64,000 nucleotides of DNA from Lama glama (Eukaryota). This document shows, piece by piece, positions 23,901 to 37,892 of the stretch. The stretch spans positions 2,232,001-2,296,000 of the forward strand of contig CM052821.1 of the NCBI GenBank assembly GCA_028534125.1. The letters are read 5' to 3'. The translations under genes were made by a program, and so were the position numbers. How positions within the stretch are numbered: position 1 is the first letter of the stretch; each line of letters begins with the position of its first letter. The notes under the pieces are model-generated. The model made no database searches. It was given only the letters and a program-made list of their open reading frames with translations, and was not told the origin of the DNA.

Positions 23901-26900
23901 GGGTTCCACCTATTTTGAGATGCAGCTCAAAGTCCTCCCAGATTCCCTGTGCCAGGGGTGTCTCTCCTTTCTTAGAAGCCCCACAGCAGGTTGTCTATAC
24001 TTCTGTTTTTGTGCTACTGTTATTTGCATGGAAATCTTCTCCCTCTTCTGGACGGTGAGTCCTTGGGAGTCAGGATCCCAGGTCCTGAATTTTTTCACCA
24101 TTCAACAATGTTCCTGAGTGTGCCTGGCACTGTCCCAGGTACAGAGACACAGTGGTGAACAGAGTAAACAAAGTCTTTATTTTCATTAGTTTACATTCTC
24201 CTAGGGGTGAAGAATGAGAGCGCCCACAAGGAAATAAACAGAGTGTAATCTCAGATAATTATATACGCTATGATGCAAAAGAGCAGGCCTGAGACAGGAA
24301 CGAGTGGTAGCATATTTCAGACACAGAAAGCAAGCCAGTGTGACTGGACTGAAGTGTCCAAGAGGAGAGAAGATTAGAGAGTTGGGTGGACAGACCATGA
24401 AGGGCCTTGTAGGCTGTGGTAAGGACATTTGGTATGGCTTTTATTTGGAGTGAAATGGAACATCATTTGAGGGTTTTACTGGAAGAGTGACATAAAGTGA
24501 CTTGTGATTTTTTAATTGTAATTTTTTTAATTTTTAAAATTTAGTACAATTTACTTTCTTATTTTGGAAAATTTGTTATTTGTGTAAAAGTTGAAAAAAC
24601 ATTACAACGAACATCTGTCTACCATATACTTCTCACCTAAACACACCAAACGATCATGTTAACATCTTGCCCTTTGTGCTCTCTCTCAACACACACGCAC
24701 ATATACAAATGCATATAAATATATAAATACACACTATACATACATTTGTACGAATCTTGGCCACCACATCATCCTGAAGTAGGCTACAGTTATCATGACA
24801 TTTTCCCCTAAAATTTAAGTGTGTATTACCCAAGAGCCAGGACATTCTCCTACACAATCACAATTCCATCACCACACCCAAGAAAATTAGCATTAATAGA
24901 TATACTCATCCAACAGCAGTGTATAGGCAAAGCTCTACTAACGTCCTTTATAAACTTCTAAAAGTCCTCTTTAGCTTTGTTTTTATTTTTCCTGATCCTG
25001 GATCCAATCACGTTTCACACATGGCCTCTGTTTCGTCTCCCTCAGTCTAGAACAAGGACTCTTTAAGTCTTTATAACCCGGGGAGCACCTAGCACCCTGT
25101 TTATTTATGGGATAGAGTTATCGGAAGTATAGAAAATGATTTGAACACTTCCACATTTGGGGAATTTTTATGACAACTTTTTACTGAGACATTAGGTTAA
25201 AAAAACTAAACTAGAAAAAGGCAGAGCACACAGCGCACTGCAGTGACTCTCCAGGAACTGTCCGAGCTCTTTGCATCTTCCCCTACAAAGGCCCAGTGGG
25301 CGTGGTCTAGCCCCCCTGGGGTCCCTAGTCCTTGGCCTGGTTTGATTTAATTCAATAAACATCTCCCAGAATCCCCCATGTTCCAACTGATGCGGAGCTC
25401 TGAGGGTTTTCTTTTTTGTTTGTTTTTTTCCCTAGATCTAGAAAGTTCTGCTTTTCTCTGTGCAGCCCTCCTGCCCCTAGGGCTACCCAGAGCCGTGGAT
25501 GCCTTGATTGCCCAGGCCTCTGCAGTGTGTGTAGGTGGTGGGACAGGGTGGAGGCGGGTTTCATAGGCAGTGGTTAAAATTCAAGGCAAATCGTTTGTAT
25601 CTCAGCTCTACCATTTATCGGCTGTGGGACAACTACAAGTTATTCAACCTCTGTGGGCCTTAGTTTTTACCAATAAAATAAGGGCCTACCTCAACAGGGT
25701 TGTTGAAAACATTAGAGTTAATGCTTGTAAAGAGCTTAGCACATAGCAAGTGTTCAAAAATAGTAGGTGTTAGTATTTGTTATAGGCAAGGCAATGGCAA
25801 ACTAGGGACTAGTCAGAACCCTGGGGCAATTAATGCCCAGTGGGCCCCTGCATGCAGACTTCCATAGTGCATATGATTTGTAAACCCAATGGCTCCTGGG
25901 GTGACATTTAGCGATTGCCTGATAATATACAGGTGCAAGAAAAGGTGGAAGAGAGGTCAGTCAAGAGATAAGAGCAGAGTCAGATTACAGGTCTCAGGTA
26001 TGCAGCAAGAGAGCACACGCTCTGGGAAGGCAGGCAGAACGCTGGAGCCTGCCTGAGGAGAGCTCAGGCAGCAGAAGAAGTCTAGGAAGATGGAGCTTCC
26101 CTGGGGAGGGGGAGGAGGACACAGCGAAGGCTCAGGGAAGCAGTGAAGAGGCCCAGAGCCCCCATTCCTCCACTCGCCCCTCTGACAGCAGAGAGGAGCT
26201 CCAGCGAATGTGTCTCGTGTCTTTACAAGCATAGTTCGTCAGAGTCCAAACAACTGCTAGCAATCTGGTCAGTCCAGGTCAGTTCTAATTCACCCCAGCC
26301 CTCTGTCCAGGCTCTCCCACCCTTCCTCCTTCTCTGTGGTCTTTCCCAGGTCCTCACCGGAAGTGCTGCTCTCCACCGTCTGGGTTCCTGGCGACACTCC
26401 CCAGAAGCGCCGCTGCTATCAGATACACGTCTCTAGGAACCACCCCCTCTGCCCCTGTTTTCCTCTCACTGGTAACTGCTTGAATGTCCAGGCCTGGTCC
26501 TGGCCTCTTCCTGCCCACCCTGACCTGAGTTCTCCAGAATTAAGATCCTTCCTGAGATTCAGTTGCAGCCTGGCTGCTACAGTTTCAGAAGAGCTAGAAG
26601 GAAGATTCGGTTCCTCCAGCTTCAGGCCCTAACCCTAAGATGGACCTTGGGAGGTTGGGTTAGTTAACCCTATGTGGGTCCTCACTCTGCTCTTCAATGA
26701 GGCTCAGCCTTTTCAACTATAGTTAACCACCCAGCACCAGTGTCTCCGCTGCCCTATTCACCACAGGCTAGTCGGTCGGTGTGCTGGGACCTTTTCCAGA
26801 CACAAGGGTGCCTGCAGGGTCCACTCATGCCAAACAAAACGTGCTCTGATTCTGCCCCTGCATCCTGACGTACTGCATCCTGCTCCCCGCAGGTTGCTGC

Positions 26901-29900
26901 CCCATCCCCTCTTCTCCTAGGACTTAAGAACCTGCAGACAGAGGGGGTTCTTGGGGAAAAGCTCCGAGTCACCTCTTCTTGAACCCCACATACCTCCTCT
27001 TCCAAACCTGTCCCTTCCTCCTCAGCGCCCCACTCCCACCCTCAACCCCCACCACTTACTATGCTCCTGTAGATGAAATTTGCCAAGGTGAGAGCAGCCC
27101 CCGACCGGAAGTATTTTCTGTAATTCTTGCGGGCCTGGCAGGGACATACAAGAAAGGAGCCAAAGTAAAGATAGACAGTTATCTGGAAGCTAGAAGACAA
27201 ACCTAGAAGAAGTTCTACTATTTGTCACCCACACAAAGAATAGATTAAGATAAAGAGCTGAGGTTAAAGCTGGAGGGAGCGGGTAAAGTCAGACAAGCTG
27301 GCAACGAGGAAGACGGCTAAAGCAGAAGGCAGAGCTCTGCTGCCAAGGCAGAGACACGGCCAGGCCTATGTTCAGATCTCTCCAACATACATCCACCCCC
27401 AGACACGCACGGAGCAGACCCAGAAACACACCCAGACACAGATGAACCTTCACACAGAGGTGTGCCCTACGTGCGGGCAGGACTCACTCTCTGCTGCAGT
27501 CCCCCCCATCCCCCAGCAGCTGGATCAGGAGGACCCATGTGGGGGAAGGACCCACGTGCGGGGAGGAAGCCCCTCTCCCCTTCCCCATTACCTTCCACCC
27601 TCTCACAAAAGCCTGGATCAACAATGCTGAGGCCTTCATCTTCTCATAGCGCTTCTTTTGCTGCAGAACACAATGGGCCTGTTAGAGAGCCTCCTGCTCC
27701 TGAACCACCTCTCCCACTTCCCACTCTCCTATTAGAGTGAGGCAGATGGGACTTTGGGGGCAACTGGTACCATATTGCCCCGAAACCAGGAGGAAATGAG
27801 GATCTGGCTCTTGCGCATCAGCTGGTAGTGGATGCGGCAGCGCCAGCCCCGGTACATCTTCTGTATGAGCGTGGCCAGCTGGTGGAGTCGGAGGCGCCTC
27901 TGCTCTTCCAGGTAGAAAAGCTGTGGAGAGGTGGAAGGAGGGACGGAGAGGCTGGCCTGGGGGAACCCTACAGCACCAAAGGCTTACCAACCAGTGTTTT
28001 ATTTGATCATTCCTTTGTCCTCTTACTTTATTCCTTTATTCATTCATTTATCTAATAAGCATCTACTAATCTCTAACTCTTTAGCAGGAACTGTGCTATG
28101 ACTTGGAAACTCAGACACCCTGACCCTCACAGAGTCCTGCTTCAGGCAGAGGCACACAGACGGGCAATGCAAACATACCTAACTTCAGGGCTCTGGGCAG
28201 GCTGGGAACCCAAGGACTCAGTCCCCAGGGATAAAGTCCCAGCAGAGAGGACTTCCTCATCCACTAGCCACTCCAGGTCCCAGAAGCTCCCCTTCCCCCG
28301 CCTCTCACTCAGGTGGGCTCTCCAACTCTTCCACCCTCCAGTCCCACCAAACATAAGGGCACACTCCAACTCACGGTCTTGGGGCTTCTGATGAAGATCT
28401 TTGTCTTCCCAAAGGCCAGCTCCTCTGAGGACATGCTCAGGTCCCCCAGGACCTTCTCGACCCCCTCCCTACAGGAGCAGGTGGGGAAAGCTGCCGAGGG
28501 GCATCCCAGGGGAGGGTCCCCTTCCACCTCTCCCCTACCTCCTTTCACCCTGGGAGGAGAGTTCAGGGCTCAAACAAACTTAGGAGCCTCCGAAAAGTAA
28601 CCATTCAATTCACCTCCCCAAGCATCCATTCACCGAGCTTCAGTGACGTGCAAGGCAATGCCTGGTCTCTTCCCCGACAGAGGCTCCCTGCACTGCCCCG
28701 CTCTGCTCCCCGGTCTCCCACTGAATCTTACCGCTCTCCACCATTCCAGCGAGGCCACGTGCTCCGGCTCAGCAGTCGGTACCTTTCCAGGAAGGCCCCG
28801 TAGGCCTGGCGGTAGGCGTAGCCTGCCCGCCGCACCCGCACATTCTCCAGCAGTCCTAGGTACCGAGCCTGGACGGCCACCAGCGCCGAGGAGAACTGAG
28901 CTCGCCGCTGATGCTCGTTGGGCTTTATACACCTGGCGGGAGGCGGGGCAAAGTCCCGGCTGCAGGAGCTTCACCCTTGCCTGTGTCGCCCAACCCGGTC
29001 TCCACACCCTGTTCTGCGCACGTTCCCCTTAGCTGAAAATCTTCAGAGGAAGCGGACACACCAGCCCTCCCAGTTTCACTCAGTACAGCATGGGCCCTAC
29101 CTGGCCATGACGCTCTCCCTGCTATAGGACTCTCAGCTCCTCAGCTGGCTCTGTCTCCCATGCGGAAAGGGCCTCTGGCACCCTTACTCCAGACACCGCC
29201 CCACGTGGACATGTTCTACAGTGCATGGACCCCGCACATGTCATCACTTATACAGCACGTCCCCCGGTGGGCCCAGCGTGTCACCTGATGTAGTTGGGGT
29301 TCTTGGAGTACAGGTTCTTCATTAGAATGGCCACAGAACTCTTGAACTGGGCCCCAGCAGTTGGAGGGCGTTTGAGAGATGCCTGCTTGGGGTCACCCTC
29401 AGGAAACAAGGACCGAAGGAGGGGGTGCCGGGCCTTCCACATGGCCTGGGACAAGTCCCGGAAGAGCAGGTCATTGTTCTTGTCGATGAAGCTGTTCACG
29501 TTGTAGGTCACCTGTAGAGAAACAGTACTTGGTCTGGAAGCCCTGACCTTGTCCAGTATTTGACCCTCCCAGTCTCACTGTGAAGTATTCTGGTTCTCAT
29601 CTACCCCCAGCTCCTCTCCCCTTGTCTTCAGCCCGGGCCCGGGCCCTAGCCTTGACCCTCCAGCCCTGTCGTATCACCTTGCCCGCGTAGTGGCAGATGC
29701 GGAAGCAGCCGAGGCCCATGCTGTGGTCATATTGGCGCTGGGCGTTCTGGGTGACTTTGCTCTCATAGTGCTCATGCTTGGAGAAGAGCTGGTTCAGCTT
29801 CGCTAGGAAGGTGGAGTCACTGACCACCCCAGGCCGCAGGCACTCCTCATCCAGCATGGCCAGGATGCCTCGCTGATTCTGGCCAGGGGAACAAGATGAG

Positions 29901-32900
29901 TCCAGCCTGGACCTGGTCCTCCAGGACGTCCACATCGTCACTGCCACCCCTCTGCCCCCACCGCATCCTTCGCCCTCTTTACCATCGTTATCAAGTGGGG
30001 TGGGAGAGAGGGAGACAGGTGAAGAAAGTTCAGGCAGTCTGGAAGGGGAGGTCCCCGAGATAAGAGAGCGATAACTCACATGCTCAATGAGGTCACAGAT
30101 AACGCCATTATCGAAGTAGTCCACCTTCGTCCACGGTATGCCCTGGGAGGGAGACACGACAATTTACATGGAGCAGGCCTGCAGGCAGCAGAGCTCCTGC
30201 CGACTGAAGGGCCAGACCGCTCAGGTTCAGGCCATTCCCAGGTGCGGTGGGGGAACACAAGCCTTTCTCTCCCTCCACCCCCACAGGTCTGTAGGGAATG
30301 CGAAATGGAATTAAGTAAAGTTGCCCCCCCACTTCATCCCCCAAAAAACTTCCCCAACTGGTTAAATGAGCGACGATGTCCTTACAATCCCATGTAGCTG
30401 AAGAAAAGCATCTTTACGACTGATACAGAAAGGTCTCTTGTTAACTGATGGAAGCAAGCTGTACGACAGAGTGTGTTCACTGCTACTGGAATAAATTTCG
30501 TGGGAAAATATATTTACAGATTTGCTTGGCTACACATAAAAGATCTCTGGAAGGAGGCCGACCTCAGTTGCCTCCAGATGGGAAGGAGAACTAGGAGGCT
30601 GGGGCGGGGGGGGGACGGAGACCTTTCTGTATACACCTTTTTAAGCCTTTTGAATCTTGAAGCATAGAATGTATTATCTATTTAATAATTTAAATTTTTA
30701 AAATAAAAACATACAAAACAACTGGAAAAACTTTTCCACACGTTGTGATCACACTGCCTGAAATTCTGCCACGTCGTTTCCAGAGAGCGCACAGGGAGCG
30801 TCCCTGGGAGGCTTTTGCGTGAGTAAGGCCTCAGCCACTCACACTTCGGAGGGAATCAGCTCAGTCAGAGAGCTCTTCTAGCACTTGGCCAGAGAAAGCA
30901 GGAGTGTTCGCTGACCAGGGGAAGGAGTGCGCAGATTCTGAGCCATGGGGCACTTCTGGGTGCTACAAGGAGGGGTGGCAACATTAGCCTGGGCCCAGAG
31001 GAGACAGAGGATTCGGAGATGTCAGAGAAGGGCACAGAAAGGGCTGCAGTAGGGTGCCAAGCCCAGGAGAAATGTCCCTTCTAAATTTGGCTAAATCTGC
31101 CCTAGGCCAAGCACAGCTGTCACTTCACTCTCGTCAGGACTCTCCCAGACCCGCACCCGCCACGACACCCTTCCATCAATCTGCCCCCTTCCTCGCCTGG
31201 CCTGGAGTGGGAGGATGGGGACCTGGCGACGGAGAGCAGAAAACTAGGGCTTCTCGACGATACTGTAAAGTGCAGCTGTGCAAAGGAAATTTTTTGTTCT
31301 TGGTGTTCCCCCCTCGGGACAACTGAGAGGCAACTGTGATGCGGGAGAAAGACGGGGCACGCGCCTGGAAGCCATCTGAGAGACGGGAAGCAGGGGAGGC
31401 TCCGCTCACCTCTCTCTTATACTCCTCTTGCTCCTCTTTCAGCGTCAGCTCTATGAACACCTGCTGAAGCTTCTCATTGCAGTAGTTGATCACAAACTGC
31501 TCAAAGCTGTTATCCTGGGGGGAAGGGGTACACAGGTCAGAGAGAGGCCAGCTCAGCCCAAGACCCTCCCTCGCCCTCAGCCTGGCCTCCCCTCTCTGAG
31601 CCTGTCACCCCTGACCCTTGGGACGCAGGGTGCCGAGGCCGCTGAAGCTCTCTCACCTCCAATATTTCAAAGCCGTAGATATCTAGGACCCCCATGACCT
31701 TCTTCTTCTCCCCAGTGTCCACCTAAAGAGGAGGAAAAGATAAATCTGAGGACCAGCCCTCTGCACGCCAGGCCAGGCCCTTCTGGGATGGATGTGAGTG
31801 GCTTCAGACAGAACTCAGGAGAGCGTGACCAGGCTGGCAAGGAATTGGCGTGATTTTCTCCTTCCTCCTCTGTAAATATGCTGAAGGACAAAAAGGGAGG
31901 AAAGGGCGAAAAGGAAGATGCAAATAATTCCCAGGATGGTGCTCCCTTGGTACAAAGTAGAAAGACATGAAGATCTTCTCAGGAGAATAACCATCCCTTA
32001 TATCTGTAGAGCGTTTTACAAAAAATATTGTGTTCTAATTGCTTTAATCCTTATCATAGCCCTATAAGGTGTGATCATTCCCATTTTACAGATGAAAAAT
32101 ATCAAATTCCGAAAGGGCTAAACGCTTACCCAAATCTAGGTTCAAATCCCATTTTGCCCTGCTGTCTTCCAGTAATAGCTTCTAAATTGATGGTATTTTC
32201 AGATACATAATTTTTTTTAAAAAATTGCTCCATTTTGATCTAACTTACATGCCACAACATTTACCCTTTAAAGGTATACAATTCAATTGTGGTTTTTTTA
32301 GTATATTCAAAAGGTGTACAACCATCACCACTACTTAATTCCAGAGCATTTTCATCATTCCAGAATGAAATCTTGTACCTATACCCATGAGCAGCCACTC
32401 CCCATTCCCCTCTCCGAACCACTGANNNNNNNNNNNNNNNNNNNNNNNNNNNNNNNNNNNNNNNNNNNNNNNNNNNNNNNNNNNNNNNNNNNNNNNNNNN
32501 NNNNNNNNNNNNNNNNNNNNNNNNNNNNNNNNNNNNNNNNNNNNNNNNNNNNNNNNNNNACTTCATTCCTTTCTATGGCCATATTATTTCCCGTNNNNNN
32601 NNNNNNNNNNNNNNNNNNNNNNNNNNNNNNNNNNNNNNNNNNNNNNNNNNNNNNNNNNNNNNNNNNNNNNNNNNNNNNNNNNNNNNNNNNNNNNNNNNNN
32701 NNNNNNNNNNNNNNNNNNNNNNNNNNNNNNNCTCTTGGCTATATACCCAGGAGTGGACCTGTTGGGTTATATGGTAACCTCGTACATAGTTTTATCTGGT
32801 CCTCACTAAACCATGTGAAACAGGTAGGCATTAGTGCCTCATTTTCCAAATCGGGAAACTGAGGCTCAGAATCTTTGTGAAACTGAAAGGCCAGACAGCT

Positions 32901-35900
32901 GGTAAGTAGGGGATCCAGGCAGTTGTAATAAAAAACTAGAGGTGTTTCCAAAAACAGCACAAGATCCTCCTTGTGTTCACATCTCAGAATCCGAGGTATG
33001 GGGCCGGCGACCAGGACAAGAAAGGCGGGGCCGGCAGGAGGGATGAAGGAGGAGGGCAGTCTCTCACCTTGATACTCTCGTTGATCCGAGTCACTATCCA
33101 GTTGAAAAGGCGGCTGTAGATGTTCTTAGCCAGAGCGTCGCGAGCGTACTGGGCCTGCAGGGCAGAGGCGGCTGGTCAGCGCAGCAGCCGTGGAGCACGC
33201 TCAGAAATCACCCCCCTCCCACAGGGCCCCTTACCTGGATGACGCTCAGTGCAGTGACCACCTTTTCTTTGGCTGTCTCCATGGTCCTTGAGCACAAAGC
33301 TCTCTCTAATTCTACTGAATTCAAACCCACCAATTCCCCAATCTCCTGAACACCTGGAGTGATGAGGAAACACAACACGGCCTAAGGGAGGGCTTTCTCC
33401 TAGGGGAAGGATGGAGGGAGGGAGGGAGGGCTGATAAGTGATCCCGGGTCTTGTTGGGGAAGTCCTTGCAGCCAATTCAGGACATGGCCCGGGAGAAATC
33501 TGGGGAGGAGGAGGAGAGAAGGGAGCTCTTGACTTATGGCGTGCATTATCAACTTTAATATGAGAATCTCCTGAAATAGGGGTAATTGTTTCCATTTTTG
33601 CAAAGAATTCACTAAGACTCAGAAAGGTCCTAGAATCTAGGTCTACCAAATGTCAAAACTTCATCTCAGTATGCCTCAGAGGGAGTTCCAAATGGAGAAG
33701 AACTCATGAACGAGCAGAGGGGGACTGAATCAGAGTGAAGTCGACTACGCTGGAGCCAGTGGAAGAACAGAAATCGTAGCAGGAGATTCAGGGAGCAGGT
33801 TGGGAGCTGGCTGGGCGCAGACCTCTGCCATCACGGATGCCGCTTGCTGGTACCCCATTGGCCTGGAACTCATCTGCCAGTTCCACATTCCCCAGCTTCA
33901 GCACCATGGCCGTCACCTCTAGCACCTGCCGGAACTCCTCCTCGGAGAACCCAATCACGATCATCGCACCCTTGGGGAGAGAAAAGAAGTCCGAAGCTGA
34001 ACTGTGGTGCCAGTCCAATGCCTTCCTTCTCAGAGCCAGAGCCTGGACTCCGGGCACGGCCTCAGGGCCCAGCCTGGGCACCCACCTGGAGGGCCTTGAA
34101 GTTAGAGGCGTCATCCATGCCATCTACCCTGGGCGCTTCCCGGTTCAGGTAGGTATAGCCACTCGAGTCCCGCTCAAGCTTCAAGGCCTCTGGGAGGGCC
34201 AGAGTGAGGGAAGAGGGTTAGTACACAGGCGCTCTCAAGTCCTCCAGCCTAGACCCTCACAGCCCTTGCCCTAGGTTGGCTCGTTCATTTATTCAAAGGA
34301 GCCATTTTTGTTTTAAGTTCGGCCCCCGCCTCTTTTGTTTGGGACCTCTAATACCTAGGATGACAGACCACATCTTAAAGTGGTGTTTAAGGTTTGGGTG
34401 CTCATAATGGTTGAGATTTTCCTCAACTTTGATGAACGAAAAGCCTCATTCTACTCTTCTTCCCACCCTCAGGGTTCTTAACGATAAAAACAAATAAGCG
34501 AGCCTCCGTCCTCCTCAGGTCTCATGGCTCCGGAAGGACTAAGGTGAGGAAGGAAGATGAGCACGCATCCCCCCGACCCCAGCCTCAGCCCCTCACCCTC
34601 GGCTCAGGGTGGCGCATTCATTGCTCATCCACAGAGAACAGACACAGTGGCAGGTGCTACAGTCCCCAACCCTGACCCCCTTCTGGAAGGTCTTCTCTGG
34701 TGCTGTGGGGCTGAGCCCAGTGGCTTTCTTACGCTCTCCTACGGAGCATCTCTACCCTAGACCACATCACACGGGCTAGCCTTTGTTTTTTTCTGTCCCT
34801 CCTACAAATGAACACCTTGTGTTTCTCATCTTTGCATTCTGTGTGCCTAGCTGGCATGCAGGAACTTTTTTCTTTTTAAGAAATGAATCGAGGGAATGGT
34901 CAAAGCTGCTCCCCTGAGATGGGAAGGAGTGGGTTAATCATGGAGCTTGAGGGATGTCAGTTATCTGTTATTCAAATGACCTGAGAATCAGGGCCTGTCC
35001 CTTAAACTCCAGTTTGATGGCAGCTTCCCCTGAGGCATAAATTTTGAAACAAGAGCCTGCTAAAGAGGGGTTTCTGGATGGAGAATGATTCCAAAAGGCC
35101 CTGGGATGATGACACCAGGGAGGCCCCACCCAGACTCAATATAAGCCAGCGGGTGACAGAATCAGCCAGAGCCAGACATTCGTGCTTGTGACTCAGACAG
35201 ATTGAATGCAAGCAAGATTATTAAGCCAGGAGGGAGGGTGGGACCTGCGGGAACTCTTGAACCTTAGAAGGGAAAAGAAGATAGGCAAAAGTCTAACAAA
35301 AAATACCAGAACCCAAAGGGACCACAGGTTCTTGGGGCCAGACACCCACAATGCCCACAGCTAGAGCCGGGGTTGGAAGTGGAACCCTCCAGCACTGGGT
35401 TTGACTGGCAAGGCCTTAAATTCCATCAGATCCTGCAGTATTGCCCACCCAGAGCCACCTCAGGCCCATCCAGCCTCCAGGTTGGGATGGTGTCTTCCCC
35501 AGGACAAGGCAAGGCACTCCACGCCATCTGCTCCTATAGCCAACTGTACAGGTCTACTGGCACTAATCACACTGTGTTGTGATGCTTCTGTCCACATATC
35601 TGCCATCCCCAGAAGACTATAAATTCTTCAAGGACAAAGTCCATGTCTTAGTCAAATCTGTATCCTTAGAAGCTAGCACAACATTCAACCACAGTAGGTG
35701 CTCAAGAGATGTTTGATGAATGAGCAAGTGGAACCTCCACAGGACCGTCTAATAAGAGCAAATCAGGGACAAGGCCCTGGGTGAGGCAGACATAGCCCCA
35801 GGACAACATCGACTAGAGCTCACTGAAACTTCCTGAAAACTCATAGCACCCTGCCTGATTTCCTGCTGCGCTATCCAATAGAGTCCCTTGAACTGAAGAT

Positions 35901-37892
35901 AGGGAAGGATGGAAGATGGAAGTAAGTATTCCATCTTTGAAGCCAGCTTGGGAAAAGAACCCAGGCAGGACAGAGGAATAAGAGCAAGGAAGAGGCAAGA
36001 AGGCTTATTCCTAGCAACAAAACCCCAGAAAAGGAAGAGAACACAGAGGTCAAGGGATCTGTTGCTAACAATGGGCGGATGAGGTTCAGGGAGAGGACTG
36101 AAGGAAGAGGGCTGCAGGGATCCAGAGGGCCCCGGGGTTCCGGGGGTTTCACGGAGGCTGAGATGTTCTGCCAGGGTCGGGGGCAGGCACCTACTCAGCA
36201 GCTGAGCATCCGCTCCAGCCAGGAGCTGATAGAAGATGTGGAAGTTCCTTTCTCCTTCAAGCTGCTTCACCACTCGGGATTTCTCCAGCAGATCTGGCAG
36301 AGATTTCAAAAATAACGTTCTGAGGACCTGGGGGACAGCGTAGCTTCCCTCTAATCCTGCCTCGTCCCCGGTGTGTGCAGTGGTTGGGAAGGCTGGCAGT
36401 CTCACGTTCCTCCCGCCTACAGCAGCAGATGAGCAGAAAGGGGTGCCGTGGGGCAGATGGGAGAGGAGGTGAGTGGGATGGGGAGGCACGTACAGTTTGT
36501 GATGTCACCACCGAGGGGGGATCCCTTGAAGTCAAACTCAATATCCATGTATTTGCCCTTCAGAGACCAGAGAGAGAGACTTTGCTTCCTCCTCGCCTCA
36601 TCACCCTGTTCAGGAGGGATCTGTACCACGCTCCTCCCTCCCAAGCCCCCGCCCTCTCCTCCCAGGCCTGGAGACGTTCACTCACGAATCTAGAGGAGTT
36701 GTTGTTGCGAATGGTCTTGGCATTGCCAAAAGCTGCAGAGACGAGGGGAGGGGAAGTGAGTTGGCTGAGGGGCGAAGAGGGACTCCAGGCAAGGGGAAGG
36801 GGGAAGGTCCTACAGTCCTCATGCCAATCTCAGATTTTTCAGGCTGAACGAGAACAGTGGTTTGGGGAACACGGGCGGTAGGGTGGGGTGGGGGTGTTGG
36901 GGGCAGAGCCTGGACTTCTTACCCTCCAGCACTGGGTTTGACTGAAGCAGTTGCTCCTTCACAGAGTTCACCTGCTCCCCTTTCCCACAGACAGCCGCCA
37001 CATAAGACATCACTAGCTTACTAGCCTCTGCAAGAGAAACCCTCACGTGGATCCCCACCAAGCCCTTAAACGCCCTCACTCCAGCACCTCACACCACTCG
37101 GAGTCAGAAAAACCGGGAAGGAACCTCAGGAGGTGGGCTGAGGGCAGGACTGGGCCTGGCTTGGAAAGAGACCAGGGGGTAGTGCCAGCAGTGCCTCACC
37201 CGTCTTCCCGGCTCCACTTTCGCCCGTGATGAGGATACACTGGTCTCGGTCCTGGTCCCTCAGTGACTGGTATGCCACGTTTGCCAGTGCATAGCTTTCG
37301 GGGAGGAAGTGGGTGATGGCTACTGCGGGGCCAGTCCGGACACCATTTTTCACTGGGCCCCGAGCCCCAAGATTCATTCACACTCCCCACTTGGACCAGA
37401 CCCAGGCAAGCGACAGGCCTAGGAAGGGGCCTCCAGAGGACCAAGGGAAAAAGGGGAGCTGGAGAACCTTCTTCATGAGAAAAGAGAGGGGAAATGAGGG
37501 TGTCTCATCATAGCAAGCTGGGGCCTGTCACCTGCCCTTAGACCCACAACTCACATATGGGGCTTCAGCTCGTAGAAGGTATAGTCCCGGTACTTGGCAA
37601 TGAACTCCGGGCCATAGATGGACAGCTCCTGGTAGGGATTCACTGAGACCAACACGTTCCCAATGTAGGTCTGGAGCCAGGGAAGGAGATGAAGGGAGTG
37701 AGCAAGGGTGGGGGCTGGGGGAGGCACGTGAACTCCCTGGCCACACACCCACAGTCAGGGGCACCCCTATGCACTCACGTAAATCTCCTTGTTTTCATAG
37801 CGCAGTTGGAGGTTCTTGAGCAGAGACTCCTCCTCCAGGGGTTCTAGGAGTACAAGGTCCTCCACCCCAATGGAACTTTCCAGGAAAGCCAT
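20950..37892 (-). CDS. MYO1A: Unconventional myosin-Ia (brush border myosin I), 1043 aa, intact
   Basis: 27 coding exons: 37779-37892, 37555-37670, 37200-37294, 36923-37027, 36686-36732, 36494-36557, 36195-36293, 34086-34189, 33823-33970, 33235-33353, 33068-33154, 31657-31722, 31410-31514, 30080-30142, 29678-29878, 29285-29511, 28732-28932, 28375-28468, 27771-27920, 27592-27660, 27060-27134, 23233-23367, 22380-22486, 21890-22022, 21623-21775, 21348-21475, 20950-21076. Sum 3132 nt = 1043 aa + stop. P-loop GESGAGKT, switch I NNNSSRFG, switch II DIYGFE, IQ motifs, TH1 tail ending CLEVTVQ*. A second in-frame ATG lies two codons upstream (37898). Confidence 0.97.
22134..22312. mobile_element. MER5A
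   Basis: Terminal inverted repeats cagtggttctc ... gagccactg; internal aggccccaccccagacctgctgaatcagaa. Confidence 0.8.
22930..23120 (+). mobile_element. L1M(B)-type 3' end, partly hidden by N run 22800-22929
   Basis: agagtttcagtttggggtgatggaaaa ... ggtgatggttgcacaacagtgtgagcgtgcttaatgtcactaaactgt ... aaatggttaaaatggtaaattttatgtta. Confidence 0.8.
24090..24500. mobile_element. L2 fragment
   Basis: cattcaacaatgttcctgagtg ... acagtggtgaaca ... gaagggccttgtaggc ... ggcttttatt, typical of the L2 3' region. Confidence 0.6.
32215..32780 (-). mobile_element. L1M-type 3' region with two N runs
   Basis: ttacccttttaaaggtatacaattcaattgtggtttttt ... caaccatcaccactacttaattccagagcattttcatcattcc ... ggctatatacccaggagtgg. 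Confidence 0.75.

Noticed and set aside
36504-36506. MYO1A Asp177 where human has Val (GGDITNY)
   Set aside because: The position varies among myosins and is Asp in muscle myosin II (SADIETY), so it is probably tolerated.
20950-37892. MYO1A pseudogenisation or exon loss
   Set aside because: All 27 coding exons are present with GT-AG ends and sum to 3132 nt; no stops in the exons I translated.
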